DNA of 50,261 nt from Asterionella formosa. Lineage: Eukaryota. Positions 1 to 12,023 of this stretch are shown here, in pieces. Location of the stretch: the NCBI GenBank assembly GCA_002256025.1, contig NKIB01013862.1:1-50261 (forward strand), written 5' to 3'. The number at the start of each line of letters is the position of its first letter. The first letter of the stretch is position 1. The notes under the pieces were generated by a model. That model was not told the origin of the DNA. It searched no databases and was given only the letters and a program-made list of their open reading frames with translations. The position numbers were made by a program, and so were the translations under genes.

Positions 1-243
1 TAACACTAGTACGTAGACGAAATTTCGAAAAGTCAAATGAATTATTTGAAACATCAACTAATTCAGTCTCGCGTTCAAAATTCATTGTGAAAACTTCACA
101 TGAAACAGTTAAAACTTCACATGAAACCGTTAAAAGTAATCTTTTTTACGTGAAGAGTGGCATTAATGCATGTGAAGTACCACATAATTAACACTCATAC
201 GTAGACGAAATTTCGAAAAGTGGCGTATTTCGCGGCTTAGATG
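1..243 (-). mobile_element. Inverted left end of a TIR DNA-transposon copy (CATCTAAGCCGCG family); runs off the window start
   Basis: The reverse complement of ~40-243 aligns with 8243-8450 (catctaagccgcgaaatacgccacttttcgaaattt vs catgtaagccacaaaatacaccacttttcgaaattt). Contains subterminal repeats: aaaacttcacatgaaa x2 and a ~33-bp direct repeat at 1-33/189-221. Confidence 0.8.
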
Positions 244-1462
244 CTTAAAACAAGCATCCCCCTTCGAGCTTTTCTGGGCCTCACCATTAACAAATCCTTC
301 ATCAGCCAAGAATTCACATATTGTTTGTTGCAACAACAGAAGGTGGAATGATGCAACATTGAGATTGTAAGCAATCAATGCTTTTAAGGAAAGATTTATT
401 TGCTTGCTATTTTTGCTATCATATCACCAAGCGAGGGATAACTACTCATACTGATAGCTATCTGTTGTTTTCAACATTCATTTGACATTTGAACAGGCCT
501 TTTCAGAAAAGGAATGTTCTTTTGAAAGGAGGAGTGATGGAAGGTGAAATGATGCAATATGGAGACCCGCAATGGAGGCTTTTAAGGTAAGCTTAATCTT
601 CAGTTGTTGTCATTGTATCAGCAAAGCGAGCGATAAATCATGTGGTTCTATTATTGTTGTCTACATTTATTTCATATTTTAGCCGTCCCTTTCACAACAG
701 GAGCATTCTTTTCAATTATTGCTTGTTTCAATTCAACTGCCCCAAGAAACAGTTGAATACTACTACATGTGTGCGCTGCTTTCTGCTGTTGCTAGTTCTA
801 TCATATGAATTACTGGCACACTGTTGTTATGTAAATTTTTGCAGGTCAATGAAGAAGTCATTTCATGGACAAGAAGGAAGGCAGTGTGTGATGCATTCAT
901 GTTGCAACTTTGTACAAATGATGCCTGTTCAAGAGTGAAAAATTTTTCCCTTCTGAATGAATGGCTTCTCTTCATCTTGCAATGTCCTTACAGATGTCTC
1001 ATAATGCATGCCTTCTCAAGACTTATGATTCCAATCTGATAGAATAGCTTTGTTTGATTGCATATCGAGATTTGTTTCCCATGTAATGTGAAATTCTGGT
1101 ACCGGTAGTTGAATTAGGAATCAACATTATTTGATAGTACTTTTAAATAACATAAACAAATTTAATACATTACATGAACTATATTATAGAATTACGTGAA
1201 CAAAATTATAAGGCAATATGAACTAAATTACAGAATTAATTGATGTATTTCAAATAATTACGTGAAGGTGATCACATAATAAAGTGATGATCAGGAATGC
1301 ATGCATGATACTCTGATCAAATGATAAATGTGATGTATTCAGATAATACATAGATATATTCAAGTAAGCGTTTTGATGTGTTCAACTAAATCATGAGATC
1401 CATTCAAAATCAACTAGGCTTATTTACGTGATGGTCACTTAATGTAATACGCGGCTTAGATG
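244..1462. mobile_element. Right-hand 1.2 kb of a second copy of the same TIR element
   Basis: Near-identical to 10774-12023; homology stops exactly at the terminus taatacgcggcttagatg (1462). Has a degenerate internal tandem duplication (~340-530 vs ~540-715). Confidence 0.85.
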
Positions 1463-2689
1463 TTGTTCACAAAGCCGTATGCTAATTTCAATTGTTGGTT
1501 GTCCTGACCAGTTCCACTTGGCGCTCTTCTCACCATCGATAGCAGGGCTCGTTCTGGAGTTCTTCCGATGGAGAGATTGCAAAACGAGGACTCATGGGTT
1601 GAATATCTGCCATTTCCATTACAATGGGAATATAATTGAGTCATTTGAGTCAAAGCACGTGGAACAAAGATAGTGATTATGCTTTGATATGTTGCATACA
1701 ATGATGTGATTATTAACTATGTATGCTCTGTTTTCAGTCATCGGCTGTGCTTCCATCACTCATGCGATTTTTCAATGCAAGAAGGCAACTCCATTCAGCT
1801 GAAAATGCATCAATCAACAGTGCACAGGAAGGTTTATATTTGTTGCTGTGGGAGGATGCCTTGTCTGGCTGCAAGAGCAATCAAACCAATTCCGCTTGCA
1901 TATAGCCATGAGCACATTGATCAAACAGCCTCAGCGACTCCAGCAGTTAAATGTGTGGGCATTTTTGGCATCATGGAGTCATTTTGCTTGCCCCTTCGCA
2001 TCTTTGCTCTCCATTAGGGGTGGTTTCCCAGTGTTGCTTGCATTTTTCTCGTGTTACTACCACTGGTTTCCCATGTATGATGATTCAACATTCCTAATGT
2101 GAATGAAAAAGGGGGATATCAAGCTTTTAAGAATATCTGCGGTACATAATTGCATTTTCTCTCCAGAAATGATGTCCTTACCAGATCAGATAGAACATAC
2201 CTCTAAGTCGATCTCAATGACTGTATCTAAGCACATGCAAAGTGGTCATATTGGTGAAAGCTAATTTTACTTTTAACAATTTTATTTAGTTGTACGTAAT
2301 GTGTTGATTGAGGGACATCATATAAATATTTTGGGGGAAAAAGACCTCGCATTGTGTAACTGCGGGGCGGTATTTATTGCAAAATGATCTGTTTTGCTTT
2401 CTTCACATAAATATTGGTATACTGCACTCGCTTATGCGTCGAATTTTCCTAGAAATTTGCATTTCTATAATTAAACATGCGTACCATTTTTTGTGTAGGT
2501 CCAGGCCATCGTCGTGCCCAATTTGTGCACACACCACCAACTGATTTATTAAAACGATACATATCGAATTCATTTTTTTAATATTCCATAATACCGGTAC
2601 TTCAGTAAAGCAAGCATCAAAAATACTACTGGTACCGGCATTAAATTCTGTTGTCAATAAATTGCTTGGGTTCCCCGTCTGCTACCGCC

Positions 2690-5600
2690 ATGAAACGCAA
2701 AAGATGTAATCCACGTGTGCACGAGCGAGAAATGCAAACCCCGAGACCAAATCTGTGGTGGAAGGCGCGACTTGAGGGGGCGCAGCAAGCGACGAACGAT
2801 ATCAGCGGCAGCAGCAACAACAACCCGAGCATTCTAGACCATGTGCTGCGCTTTATTGATCTGACCAAGCGGTATCAACACAATAAATCATGCGAAGAAA
2901 CGAAGTTAGTAGTCAATACATTGCTTGCATTCCTAGAAACAGCTGAAGTGGGAGGGAATAATTTGGTTTCAAGTGACGATGTGGCCGCACTTTTGCTTAC
3001 TTGGGCAACGAAGCAACTCGTGTTTGTGCAGGCGTCCAGCTCGAACGAGGAGACCGAAGTCGAACGAATAAGAATGTACTGGAAAGTCATGAGCATGTCT
3101 TGTTATCGTCTTTTAAGCAACGATGAAAACAAAACCTTCCTTACGCAAACTCTGAACCAGAGTGTATTGAACAAGCTGGTGATTTTTGCAGCACAACAAT
3201 CCTGCCATGGGAAAGACGACTATTATTCGACGAAGTCATTTGTTTTCATGACTGACAATTTATTTCGACCAACAATGGATTTAGCCGTTAAATCGCTCGT
3301 AGTGCAGCTATCGAAACTTGAAGCACTACCGGAGAGAATCATTACTTCCATTTTTACCTTGTTGAAGCTATTGCAGCGCAACGCAAACCCCAAAAGTACC
3401 TTTGTTCTCTTCAGTGAATGCTCGGTGCTGGAAGCAATGGCGAAATTATTCAATGTGGATCAACAGAAGGACTTGATCAGCGAAATATTCTTCCATTCGA
3501 CTCATCATATGGATGGATTTCGATCTATCCTAACCACATCGTCGGAAGCAAATACCGGTAAATCAGTAACGAGCAACCGCTCATTCCGGTGCTACCAAGA
3601 AGCATTTATGAAGGCCCTTCAGCATATGATAGATTCGAATCAAAGAAATGTGATTCAAATGATGCCTTTGCTACTTCAAGGCTTCATACATCAAACTCAA
3701 GCATGGAATCTAGACCATCAACGCAAGTCAAGTAAGAAGAAATCCAATACTATTAGCGAGACTGCATCATTGCAGTTTAAGTTTTGGACACAACTTGCTG
3801 GTCCCTTGCTAAAGAAACTACTAGAGGCCGGAAACGACAAACTCGATTGCAAGTTAGTTTTAGCCAGGGCAATACGAGAAACGCTAGAACTGGTTTTGCT
3901 CCACGATTTGTATTTGCCTTCCTTTGAAGACAAGGAGAAAAGGCATTTCTTGTTTTTAGAAGAGATGGCTACTCGGCTCATGTTTGAATGTTCCGGCAAA
4001 GGGGCAGTGGCAACTGAGTCACTTCGCGTGCTGGAAATGTTACTCAAACTCAACCACCATGTTGTTCACGAACGGCTTTCTCAATTCATCTCTTACATGC
4101 TTACGTCGGGAGCCGAAGATTTAAGTAACAGCATTTCTCCAGTTGTCATGTCAACCATCGTGGAGACGTATCATCAGCTGCGACAGTTAGATTTTTTCTT
4201 TGGGGCAGTTGTTGCTACAGTCGCTGACTCAGGTGCCCCTATGGCAACTCTTAATTTTGTACTGCAACACCCTTCCGTTGTTGAGAAATTGTCTTTGTCG
4301 ATTGCAGCTTGTCCTCAAGGACAATTGCAACAATTGTTTCAAAAATTGGATTCGTGGATTATTGAAACAATGAATAGGGAAGTGGAACCAGATTGTGGCA
4401 AAGTGACCGTTGTAGCCAACTTATTTGTGGTTCTACTTCGACATGTTTCTGTGGACCAGCACGTTGCATCAGCTACTTCCGACATTTGCATAAGTGCATT
4501 GACAGGATCTGTTAAGTCGCTGCTAGAATCAGAGTATGTTTCGGCCACTCGTAGACACGGTCTTGAACTTTGTGGTTGGACTCTTGACTTAAAAACTCGT
4601 TGCACGTTTTGGCTTGGCGACGAAGATGATTCACCATCCAAGGATGATTCATTCCTTCGCTTGCTCCATGCGTTGACGAACCAGGCGGCGACAAACGGCA
4701 ATCTAATTGATAATGAAGCCTCTGGTTTAATCATTGACGAGTTGCAATTTCTTGCCTGTTACAGAATTCAACAACTTCATTCTCTCATCCACAAGTGTAA
4801 CCAAAATGCACCGATGAAGATCACCAAGGAATACCAAGGAACCGCAAGTTTTGAAGAAGAAGCGATGGGGCTAGTCAATTTTATCTTTGTATCACTTTCA
4901 AAGATCAAAGACTCGACAAAGAATTTGGCGCAACGCGGCTGGATATTACTTTCCAAATTCATCCACTTGTGGATACATTATTCCCGCCCTAGTCACATGG
5001 AAACTTTTGTGGCATGGATACTTTCGACAATTGCGGTTGACAAAGATACTCTTGAAAACGACGCTTTGAAGGACTGCGTATGTATTTCCAAAATGGTCGT
5101 CGCTGCACTTTTTAGCGATGCTTCATTCGTTGAAGTCGACCAAGTTGCAACTCTGATAGGTCGAATTGGGATAAATCATGTTGCTTTGCTATTTTGTGCA
5201 ATACTTGGCACAGATCCAACTGCTGCAAGTGAGCTCAAAGTTGCTATTAATGATGTCAGTCTCTCTTTTTTGGTGAAACATTCAAGCTGGAAGTCTGTGT
5301 CTACAGACTCCCTTAATGCCGTGCTGCTCGGGACACATCATTCGTCCTTTCCCTGCAATAGTACGAGGTATGCGCATGAGCGCGTTCTCGCAGCTGAAAA
5401 AGCACTTCGTCTCTTGAAATTCTTGAATGGCGTTCATGGGCGACTGGCTCACTCCAACGATCTCGCTACGCTTTTCGAGTCATTGTTGCGTTTACATACA
5501 CTGAGTTGCTCCATCGTATTGGAGATGTCGTCAAGTCAGAATACGACGACAAAGGAAATCTTGAAGCTTATTGTTGGAATTCTTGGGTATTGTAGGGGAC

Positions 5601-7078
5601 TTGCATCGAGGCTCCTAAATGAAAATCAAGGTCAGAATCAGATTAAGTTTGAGAATATCTCAAGTCTACTGGATGGTGTAATTTATTCCCACCTGAATAG
5701 TTTGATTCTGAACACTGCTTACAATGATATCAAGGAATTCCAGGAGAAAACTATAGGTTTTCTAGAATGCGCTACCGCTGCGCTCACAAGGTACTATGGG
5801 AATGCTGGTATTTCTGTCATTTTTGATGTTGTGGAATCCGCATCATCTAAGTTGAACGACAATTCCTTTCTTCATCCAATCTTATCAAGTCTTCTGAATT
5901 TGGATCCCGAAGCTAACGATTTGATTAGAAACGGTTTTGGAAGGATCGTGATGGGGTTTCAAGGGGAAGTTATTAGAGCACATGTCCAAGCGACGTCTGA
6001 ATATGATCAGTTTCTTACAAACATACTACGTTTAGCAGCGATTGATCGAGATCGCAACTTTCGGGAGATTGAGAAATGTGTGCAGCTCGCTGCTGAAGAT
6101 CCCAGCCGGATTCGATCGACTGAGGAGCGCGCTCGTCTAGTGGCAAGTCTGGTCGTGGCCGGTTCTGGAAATAATCTGATTGAAATTTGTGAGCAGCTTT
6201 ATATGGAGAGCAATGAACAACATCATAATTTCGGCCTTATTGATGCAATCTTTGGGACGTTAATACGGCAAGAAGGGGACGATGATTGTGGAGAAATTAG
6301 CGATCTTTTGGAACGATTAGAGTCTCTTTCACCAACCCAAACTTGGATTGCCTCTCACATGTTTTGTATCATTATCAAAAACGTGGACGATGAGAAGTTA
6401 CGTGAGTCGACGTTAGCCAAGTATGCTCGACAATATTATATCCGTGGGCTTGATCTCTTGTGCCGCCCGAGAAGCCTTCAAAACCTGAAGCAACTTGAAC
6501 ATTTGAACCAAGGGGAAGCGTTGATCATTGAATTGACAAAGCACAAGGACATTATTGTCATTAGGGAACGCGACCTAGCCCTTCTCTTAGCGCAAATTTG
6601 CTTATTGCTAGGCCCAATTTCAGCGTCATCAGATCCATTATCATCCCATTTCTATGCCACTGTATATAACATTCTCTCTACAGTCCTTCAGCGTTTCGCT
6701 AAGCAGCTCTATACCTGCGCTCCTGCTCTCATCAGCTCGTTGCGACTTTTGCTAAGGCATACTTTGCATGGGCCCGACGATTCCATTGAATCTCGATCTC
6801 AGATGCTTTCCCGCCTCTGTGAGTTTCTACTCCCTCATCAGGATGTTTTTAAGAAGCACATCTTGGTTCTGTTGCTGGAGTACATAAGTTTGCTTAAGGG
6901 AGAGAAAATGAGCCCATTTCGAAAGAGAGCATTGATGCCAGCTATCTTCTCACTCTTAGAGACCCAAAGTCCTTTTGAGCATCAGCAACTGAATTCAATG
7001 ACAGATGCCACAGGGAAGGTTCTGTTCGCAAGCGTTTTCAGTTCATACCAGCAGGGTAAGTACAAAGGACAGTTTTAG
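2690..7078 (+). CDS. URB2: URB2/Npa2-family nucleolar pre-ribosomal-associated protein
   Basis: Long uninterrupted Leu-rich helical ORF, first ATG at 2690 (gccATGa). C-terminus RALMPAIFSLLE...LNSMTDATGKVLFASVFSSYQQGKYKGQF matches the Urb2/Npa2 C-terminal pattern. Confidence 0.8.
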   Translation: MKRKRCNPRVHEREMQTPRPNLWWKARLEGAQQATNDISGSSNNNPSILDHVLRFIDLTKRYQHNKSCEETKLVVNTLLAFLETAEVGGNNLVSSDDVAALLLTWATKQLVFVQASSSNEETEVERIRMYWKVMSMSCYRLLSNDENKTFLTQTLNQSVLNKLVIFAAQQSCHGKDDYYSTKSFVFMTDNLFRPTMDLAVKSLVVQLSKLEALPERIITSIFTLLKLLQRNANPKSTFVLFSECSVLEAMAKLFNVDQQKDLISEIFFHSTHHMDGFRSILTTSSEANTGKSVTSNRSFRCYQEAFMKALQHMIDSNQRNVIQMMPLLLQGFIHQTQAWNLDHQRKSSKKKSNTISETASLQFKFWTQLAGPLLKKLLEAGNDKLDCKLVLARAIRETLELVLLHDLYLPSFEDKEKRHFLFLEEMATRLMFECSGKGAVATESLRVLEMLLKLNHHVVHERLSQFISYMLTSGAEDLSNSISPVVMSTIVETYHQLRQLDFFFGAVVATVADSGAPMATLNFVLQHPSVVEKLSLSIAACPQGQLQQLFQKLDSWIIETMNREVEPDCGKVTVVANLFVVLLRHVSVDQHVASATSDICISALTGSVKSLLESEYVSATRRHGLELCGWTLDLKTRCTFWLGDEDDSPSKDDSFLRLLHALTNQAATNGNLIDNEASGLIIDELQFLACYRIQQLHSLIHKCNQNAPMKITKEYQGTASFEEEAMGLVNFIFVSLSKIKDSTKNLAQRGWILLSKFIHLWIHYSRPSHMETFVAWILSTIAVDKDTLENDALKDCVCISKMVVAALFSDASFVEVDQVATLIGRIGINHVALLFCAILGTDPTAASELKVAINDVSLSFLVKHSSWKSVSTDSLNAVLLGTHHSSFPCNSTRYAHERVLAAEKALRLLKFLNGVHGRLAHSNDLATLFESLLRLHTLSCSIVLEMSSSQNTTTKEILKLIVGILGYCRGLASRLLNENQGQNQIKFENISSLLDGVIYSHLNSLILNTAYNDIKEFQEKTIGFLECATAALTRYYGNAGISVIFDVVESASSKLNDNSFLHPILSSLLNLDPEANDLIRNGFGRIVMGFQGEVIRAHVQATSEYDQFLTNILRLAAIDRDRNFREIEKCVQLAAEDPSRIRSTEERARLVASLVVAGSGNNLIEICEQLYMESNEQHHNFGLIDAIFGTLIRQEGDDDCGEISDLLERLESLSPTQTWIASHMFCIIIKNVDDEKLRESTLAKYARQYYIRGLDLLCRPRSLQNLKQLEHLNQGEALIIELTKHKDIIVIRERDLALLLAQICLLLGPISASSDPLSSHFYATVYNILSTVLQRFAKQLYTCAPALISSLRLLLRHTLHGPDDSIESRSQMLSRLCEFLLPHQDVFKKHILVLLLEYISLLKGEKMSPFRKRALMPAIFSLLETQSPFEHQQLNSMTDATGKVLFASVFSSYQQGKYKGQF

Positions 7079-7429
7079 TCTCAAGACTTGCTCGAATGCA
7101 CTTGTCACTGAGTGGAGTAGTGATGCACGGGCTAGCTCGAGCCGTCTTTAGTCTGCATGTGTTCAGCGTAATCATGATGGCATCCTTTTTGTTCCCTTCA
7201 CTCTATATGTACTTGAAAAATTTTTTTTGTTATGAGATTATTTAGTATCTGTTGATAGAAATTTTGATCAGACAATTCAATCCCATTTTTGTTTGACACG
7301 GAAGTTGTGCCAGTGACCACATCATCCTCTATGAATAATGTACTGGGGGTTCAGAAAACGGCAGGTTCTCCTTTGTGCATGGGTATACGCTTGATTGTCG
7401 CAAGATCATTCCTTTTGCTGGAGAGAGGT

Positions 7430-7533
7430 GGGGGGGGGNNNNNNNNNNACCCCCCGCCCCCCCCCCCCCCAGCCCCCCCCCCCGCCCCCCCTCCCCGCCC
7501 CGCGCCCCCCCGCCCCCCCCCCCCCCCCCCCCC
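7430..7533. other. Assembly gap (10 N, 7439-7448) with poly-G/poly-C low-quality flanks
   Basis: N run bordered by a G homopolymer on the left and ~85 nt of nearly pure C on the right. Confidence 0.95.
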
Positions 7534-8242
7534 ACAACTTTGCTTTGGAGTGCCTTTCATCATGGCTACATTATTATGCCATTCAACAAGCTTGCTGATG
7601 ATTTAAAAAATTGAATAGGCAGATCACCTAGGGAACATTGGACTAAGAAAAAATACAAAGCTGAATTGAGTAATTGGAGATAACCAAATTTTGGGGAGGC
7701 AGCAAAATTGAGACTACGAGTTTCAGAATTCTTTGATCAGGTAGTTGGAATGCTGCAATGTTGCCCTCTTTGTTGTTGGTCTATCCATAATCATAGTTGT
7801 TTTTACTTTGAGCGTCTTGGTGTATCAGCTGATAAACACAGTGCTACGTAGATTCAATCAAGATATCAAAAGGAAATTTGATACATTTGCTACAGATTTG
7901 CATGGAACAAAGAATGATGGGAGAAAAGTGGTGGATCTACAATTTCATGAGATTGGTGAAAATACCCTCTAGGAAATAGCTATGATTGGTAAATACATTC
8001 AGTTACTCAATATAACATAGAATGGTGTTGGGCAAGGGGGGAATTTGTTATTAGAATTAGGTTGAGGAGGAATACAGGATTTGCCAGATTTATTTGATGG
8101 ATAAAACTTTGATGAAGTATTCATTGAAGTGCGTTTTGACATTCATGGCAGAAGCAAGTGAAGTTGAATTGTTCAGCATCAGAAATTACTTATGTTTTCA
8201 AAATGTTGTCAATGTGATTTTGGACTTGGACGGTTGGACATA

Positions 8243-11200
8243 CATGTAAGCCACAAAATACACCACTTTTCGAAATTTGTTCTACGTAGGAGTGTTAATT
8301 ATGTGGTACTTCACATGAATTAATGCTACTCTTCCCATAGAAAAGGTTACTTTTACTGTTTCATGTGAAGTTTTGACGGTTTCATGTGAAGATTTCACAA
8401 AAAACTTTGAACTCAAGACTAAATTAGTTGATATTTTAAATAATTCATTTCAAAGTTCAACAAGTCCTGCTCTTGAGGCTAATTCATTTATGACATGCAT
8501 CTTCCTTTGTGAAATAATAAGGATGTTTGTGGCGTCTTAATTTATGCTACAGTTTATGGTTGTGCACTTCACGTAAGTAATATTTAATATTATACTGAAC
8601 AAGATTGCTTGTCGTGGTTACATGTGATGGTTCACAATCATATGGTTACTTCAAAGGCAGGACTAGTTGATGTTACAACTAAATATTTTAAAAGTTCAAG
8701 ATAAAATTTTTAGAGGATAAATCATTGTGAACGACAACTTCACTACTAATTGTTTGATGCAATCTGCCCTTATTTGATTGAGAAAAACGGAGCGAAATGG
8801 ATCTCGAGAAATACTGCGACATGATTCGTGATGCAAGCAACAACCAACCCTAATGAGCACAAAACAGGTATGGAACGAATCATTTAATATTGAATTTGAA
8901 ATGCTAAACAAAATATCTATTCGAATTAGTGTGTGTTGTCGACTGCAAATCTTCGGAGTGCTATCGGGCATGAATTGATGAAGAAAATCGAAGCGATGTG
9001 GTTGTTGGCAACTGGATGCATGAAGCATATCAACACTCATCCTTACCAGAGGTCGGTGAAAGTATACTGCAGAATTGGATACTGATACTGCTCCAGATGG
9101 AGTATCAGTATACCAGTATACTGTCATTCTATATTCCGAATACCTTACTGTTCCAAAATTTTGCCAGCATACTGCTATGTAGGAATCTTCAGAAAATCCG
9201 TTATGTCGTGTAGCATTGGAGAGCGAAATTCCGTTCAATGCTTGGGCTATTAAGCAACACCAAAATAGAAAAAATCGGCATAATATAGAAATTAATTTTA
9301 TTTGTCTTGACCTCCTCCTTGGTAAAGGCTCTTTTCCATTGCCAAGCGCTTCGCGAAGAAAAATGCTTAAATAATGAGGGGGCCCATGCAAGTGTCAACC
9401 GGTGTCATGTGTTGAAAATATAATATTAAAATAAATTCGATTGTTAACGCTCGTTGATGTTTAACGGCTGGATCGGTATGTCGGTAAGCGGAGAATTGGA
9501 GGCGTTGAATTCGGTGAGTCTTTCTGTGTATGTTTGTCACGGGGTCAGGTCTGTCATTCTCCACAAAGGTTGCCGATAGAGATGCAATGGCGTCACGGAC
9601 TGTCGCTGATGCCAGAGGAGTGTCTCAATGTGTACTGAACTCGGCCTGTCAGACGGCATGCGTGAATGCTCCGATGAGTCGAATGCGTTGTTCTGGTGAG
9701 AGGTTGACAAGTAATGGATCGGTGACATCACAAAATCCAATGGACGCAAGGAATTCGGTCCAAATTCGGAAGACGCGATTGAGCTTCGCTGTGGTTTTAG
9801 CTTGAAGTCCTTGGGAGCGCGCCCGATCTGCATCCATAAGGTAAGCTTGGAGGCGATGTCGGTGGGGAGCGGCGAGATGGAGAAATTCGGGGGCATCTGG
9901 TGGGTGGCCGAGTGATGGATGAGGTGTTTTAGTTGTGCATTTGATAGATGATGGTCACAAGAGAGGGAATCGGCTATCACGTTGTCGTCTCCAGGGATCC
10001 ATTGTCTATAGCTACACGCATTGGGTTTGCTCAAGGATCGCAGCAAGCCAGCGAGAGATTGCTAAATGGGTCGATTTTTCTAGACCTTGAAACCGTGCGC
10101 CACCGGAGTGAAGCCAATAATCCGCCGTCAAGCTCTCCAGTTGGGAGAGAATACAGTCATTGGGTCTGATGTTACCGACTGCGGCCTCAGTTGCAATGGT
10201 GGTGATGGATGCAATGTACTCCAGTAGGTTCAACAACAGGTGTCCCCACATTCTATAGTAAATCCGTTTCCTCGACCACCAGCATTACAATCTTGCCAAT
10301 TCACCAATAAACAAACACATTCTACTTGTGCTCGTTGACATTTTCAATTCTCACATGATACTAGATACGAAAATGTAACAGACTATTGTCCACATAGCTA
10401 TAGTTATAGAATGATTCTGACTATTGCTTACAGTTTCACATTCTTGTGGAACTGTAGATTTGCCCTACCAGCATTCCCGTATTCCCCTTGTTACAATTGA
10501 ATTTGGCGTTTGTACTGTGAATATATTAAGATATTAAGAGTAACCATTGGCTGTGTCATCTACTTCTTGTCATATTTGTTTAAGGTCACACTTGTAGCAC
10601 CAGAATTTTTCCCAATGAAGTAAGACTGCACCAGGTTTTTTCGTGTAGATTGTAGGTTCTGTTGGTACAAAGATGAAGTCATGGCTGCGCCAGGATTTTT
10701 GACCCCCTCTGAATTCATAAAGACAACATTTAACCACCACTGTGCACAATATGTTTTCAAAATGGGGCTAACCCTTAAAACAAGCATCCCCCTTCTAGCT
10801 TTTCTGTGCCTCACCATCAAAAAATCCTTCATCAGCCAAGAATTCACATATTGTTTGTTGCAACAACAGAAGGTGGAATGATGCAACATTGAGATTGTAA
10901 GCAATCGATGCTTTTAAGGAAAGATTTATTTGCTTGCTATTTTTGCTATCATATCACCAAGCGAGGGATAACTCATACTGATATCTGTTGTTTTCAACAT
11001 TCATTTGACATTTGAACAGGCCTTTTCAGAAAAGGAATGTTCTTTTGAAAGGAGGAGTGATGGAAGGTGAAATGATGCAATATGGAGACCCGCAATGGAG
11101 GCTTTTAAGGTAAGCTTAATCTTCAGTTTTTGTCATTGTATCAGCAAAGCGAGCGATAAATCATGTGGTTCTATTATTGTTTTTTACATTTATTTTATAT

Positions 11201-12023
11201 TTTAGCCGTCCCTTTCACAACAGGAGCATTCTTTTGAACGCATCAGTGAGTTGTGGTGCTGCCTGGCTGATGCCGGTTTATTGCTTGTTTCAATTCAACT
11301 GCCCCAAGAAACAGTTGAATACTACTACATGTGTGCGCTGCTTTCTGCTGTTGCTAGTTCTATCATATGAATTACTGACACACTGTTGTTATGTAAATTT
11401 TTGCAGGTCAATGAAGAAGTCATTTCATGGACAAGAAGGAAGGCAGTGTGTGATGCATTCATGTTGCAACTTTGTACAATGATGCCTGTTCAAGAGTGAA
11501 TAATTTTTCCCTTCTGAATGAATGGCTTCTCTTCATCTTGCAATGTCCTTACAGATGTCTCATAATGCATGCCTTCTCAAGACTTATGATTCCATTCTGA
11601 TAGAATAGCTTTGTTTGATTGCATATCGAGATTTGTTTCCCATGTAATGTGAAATTCTGGTACCGGTAGTTGAATTAGGAATCAACATTATTTGATAGTA
11701 CTTTTAAATAACATAAACAAATTTAATACATTACATGAACTATATTATAGAATTACGTGAACAAAATTATAAGGCAATATGAACTAAATTACAGAATTAA
11801 TTGATGTATTTCAAATAATTACGTGAAGGTGATCACGTAATATATTGATGATTAGGAAGGCATGCATGATACTCTGATCAAATAATGAATGTGATGTATT
11901 CAGATAATACATAGATATATTCAAGTAAGCGTTTTGATGTGTTCAACTAATTCATGTGATCCATTCAAAATCAACTTGGCTTATTTACATGATGGTCACT
12001 TCATTTAATACGCGGCTTAGATG
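8243..12023. mobile_element. Complete non-autonomous or decayed TIR DNA transposon (~3.8 kb), superfamily uncertain (CMC/EnSpm-like or Tc1/mariner-like)
   Basis: Left end catgtaagccaca (decayed catctaagccgcg) at 8243; right end cgcggcttagatg at 12023. TA on both flanks (8241-8242, 12024-12025). ACRTGAA motifs repeated near both ends. Both ends also occur at 1-243 and 244-1462. No intact transposase. Confidence 0.8.
9440..10280 (-). mobile_element. Fragment of a tyrosine-recombinase (DIRS/Ngaro-type) retrotransposon: RNase H plus YR N-terminus in overlapping frames
   Basis: LNLLEYIAS...DCILSQLES...WIPGDDNVIADSLS(C)DHHLS is RNase H-like. An overlapping frame gives WTEFLASIG..DPLL..IGAF..ASATVRDAIASLSATFVENDRPDP..AYRHTDPAVKHQRALT, the YR N-terminal domain and linker. 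Frameshifts and stops present; catalytic YR part missing. Confidence 0.75.

Noticed and set aside
1463..2200. Short overlapping ORFs that look like decayed coding sequence
   Set aside because: No recognisable motif in any frame; cannot be assigned.
7289..7614. Poly-Pro/poly-Gly ORFs
   Set aside because: They translate the N gap and its homopolymer flanks; assembly artefact.
7540..8240. Possible decayed coding sequence interrupted by the TIR element and continuing at 12026-12210
   Set aside because: Multiple stops in all frames and no family signature.
8696..9391. 231-aa minus-strand ORF inside the TIR element as a transposase
   Set aside because: No DDE or zinc-finger motif and atypical composition; it runs through what looks like the non-coding tail of the YR fragment.
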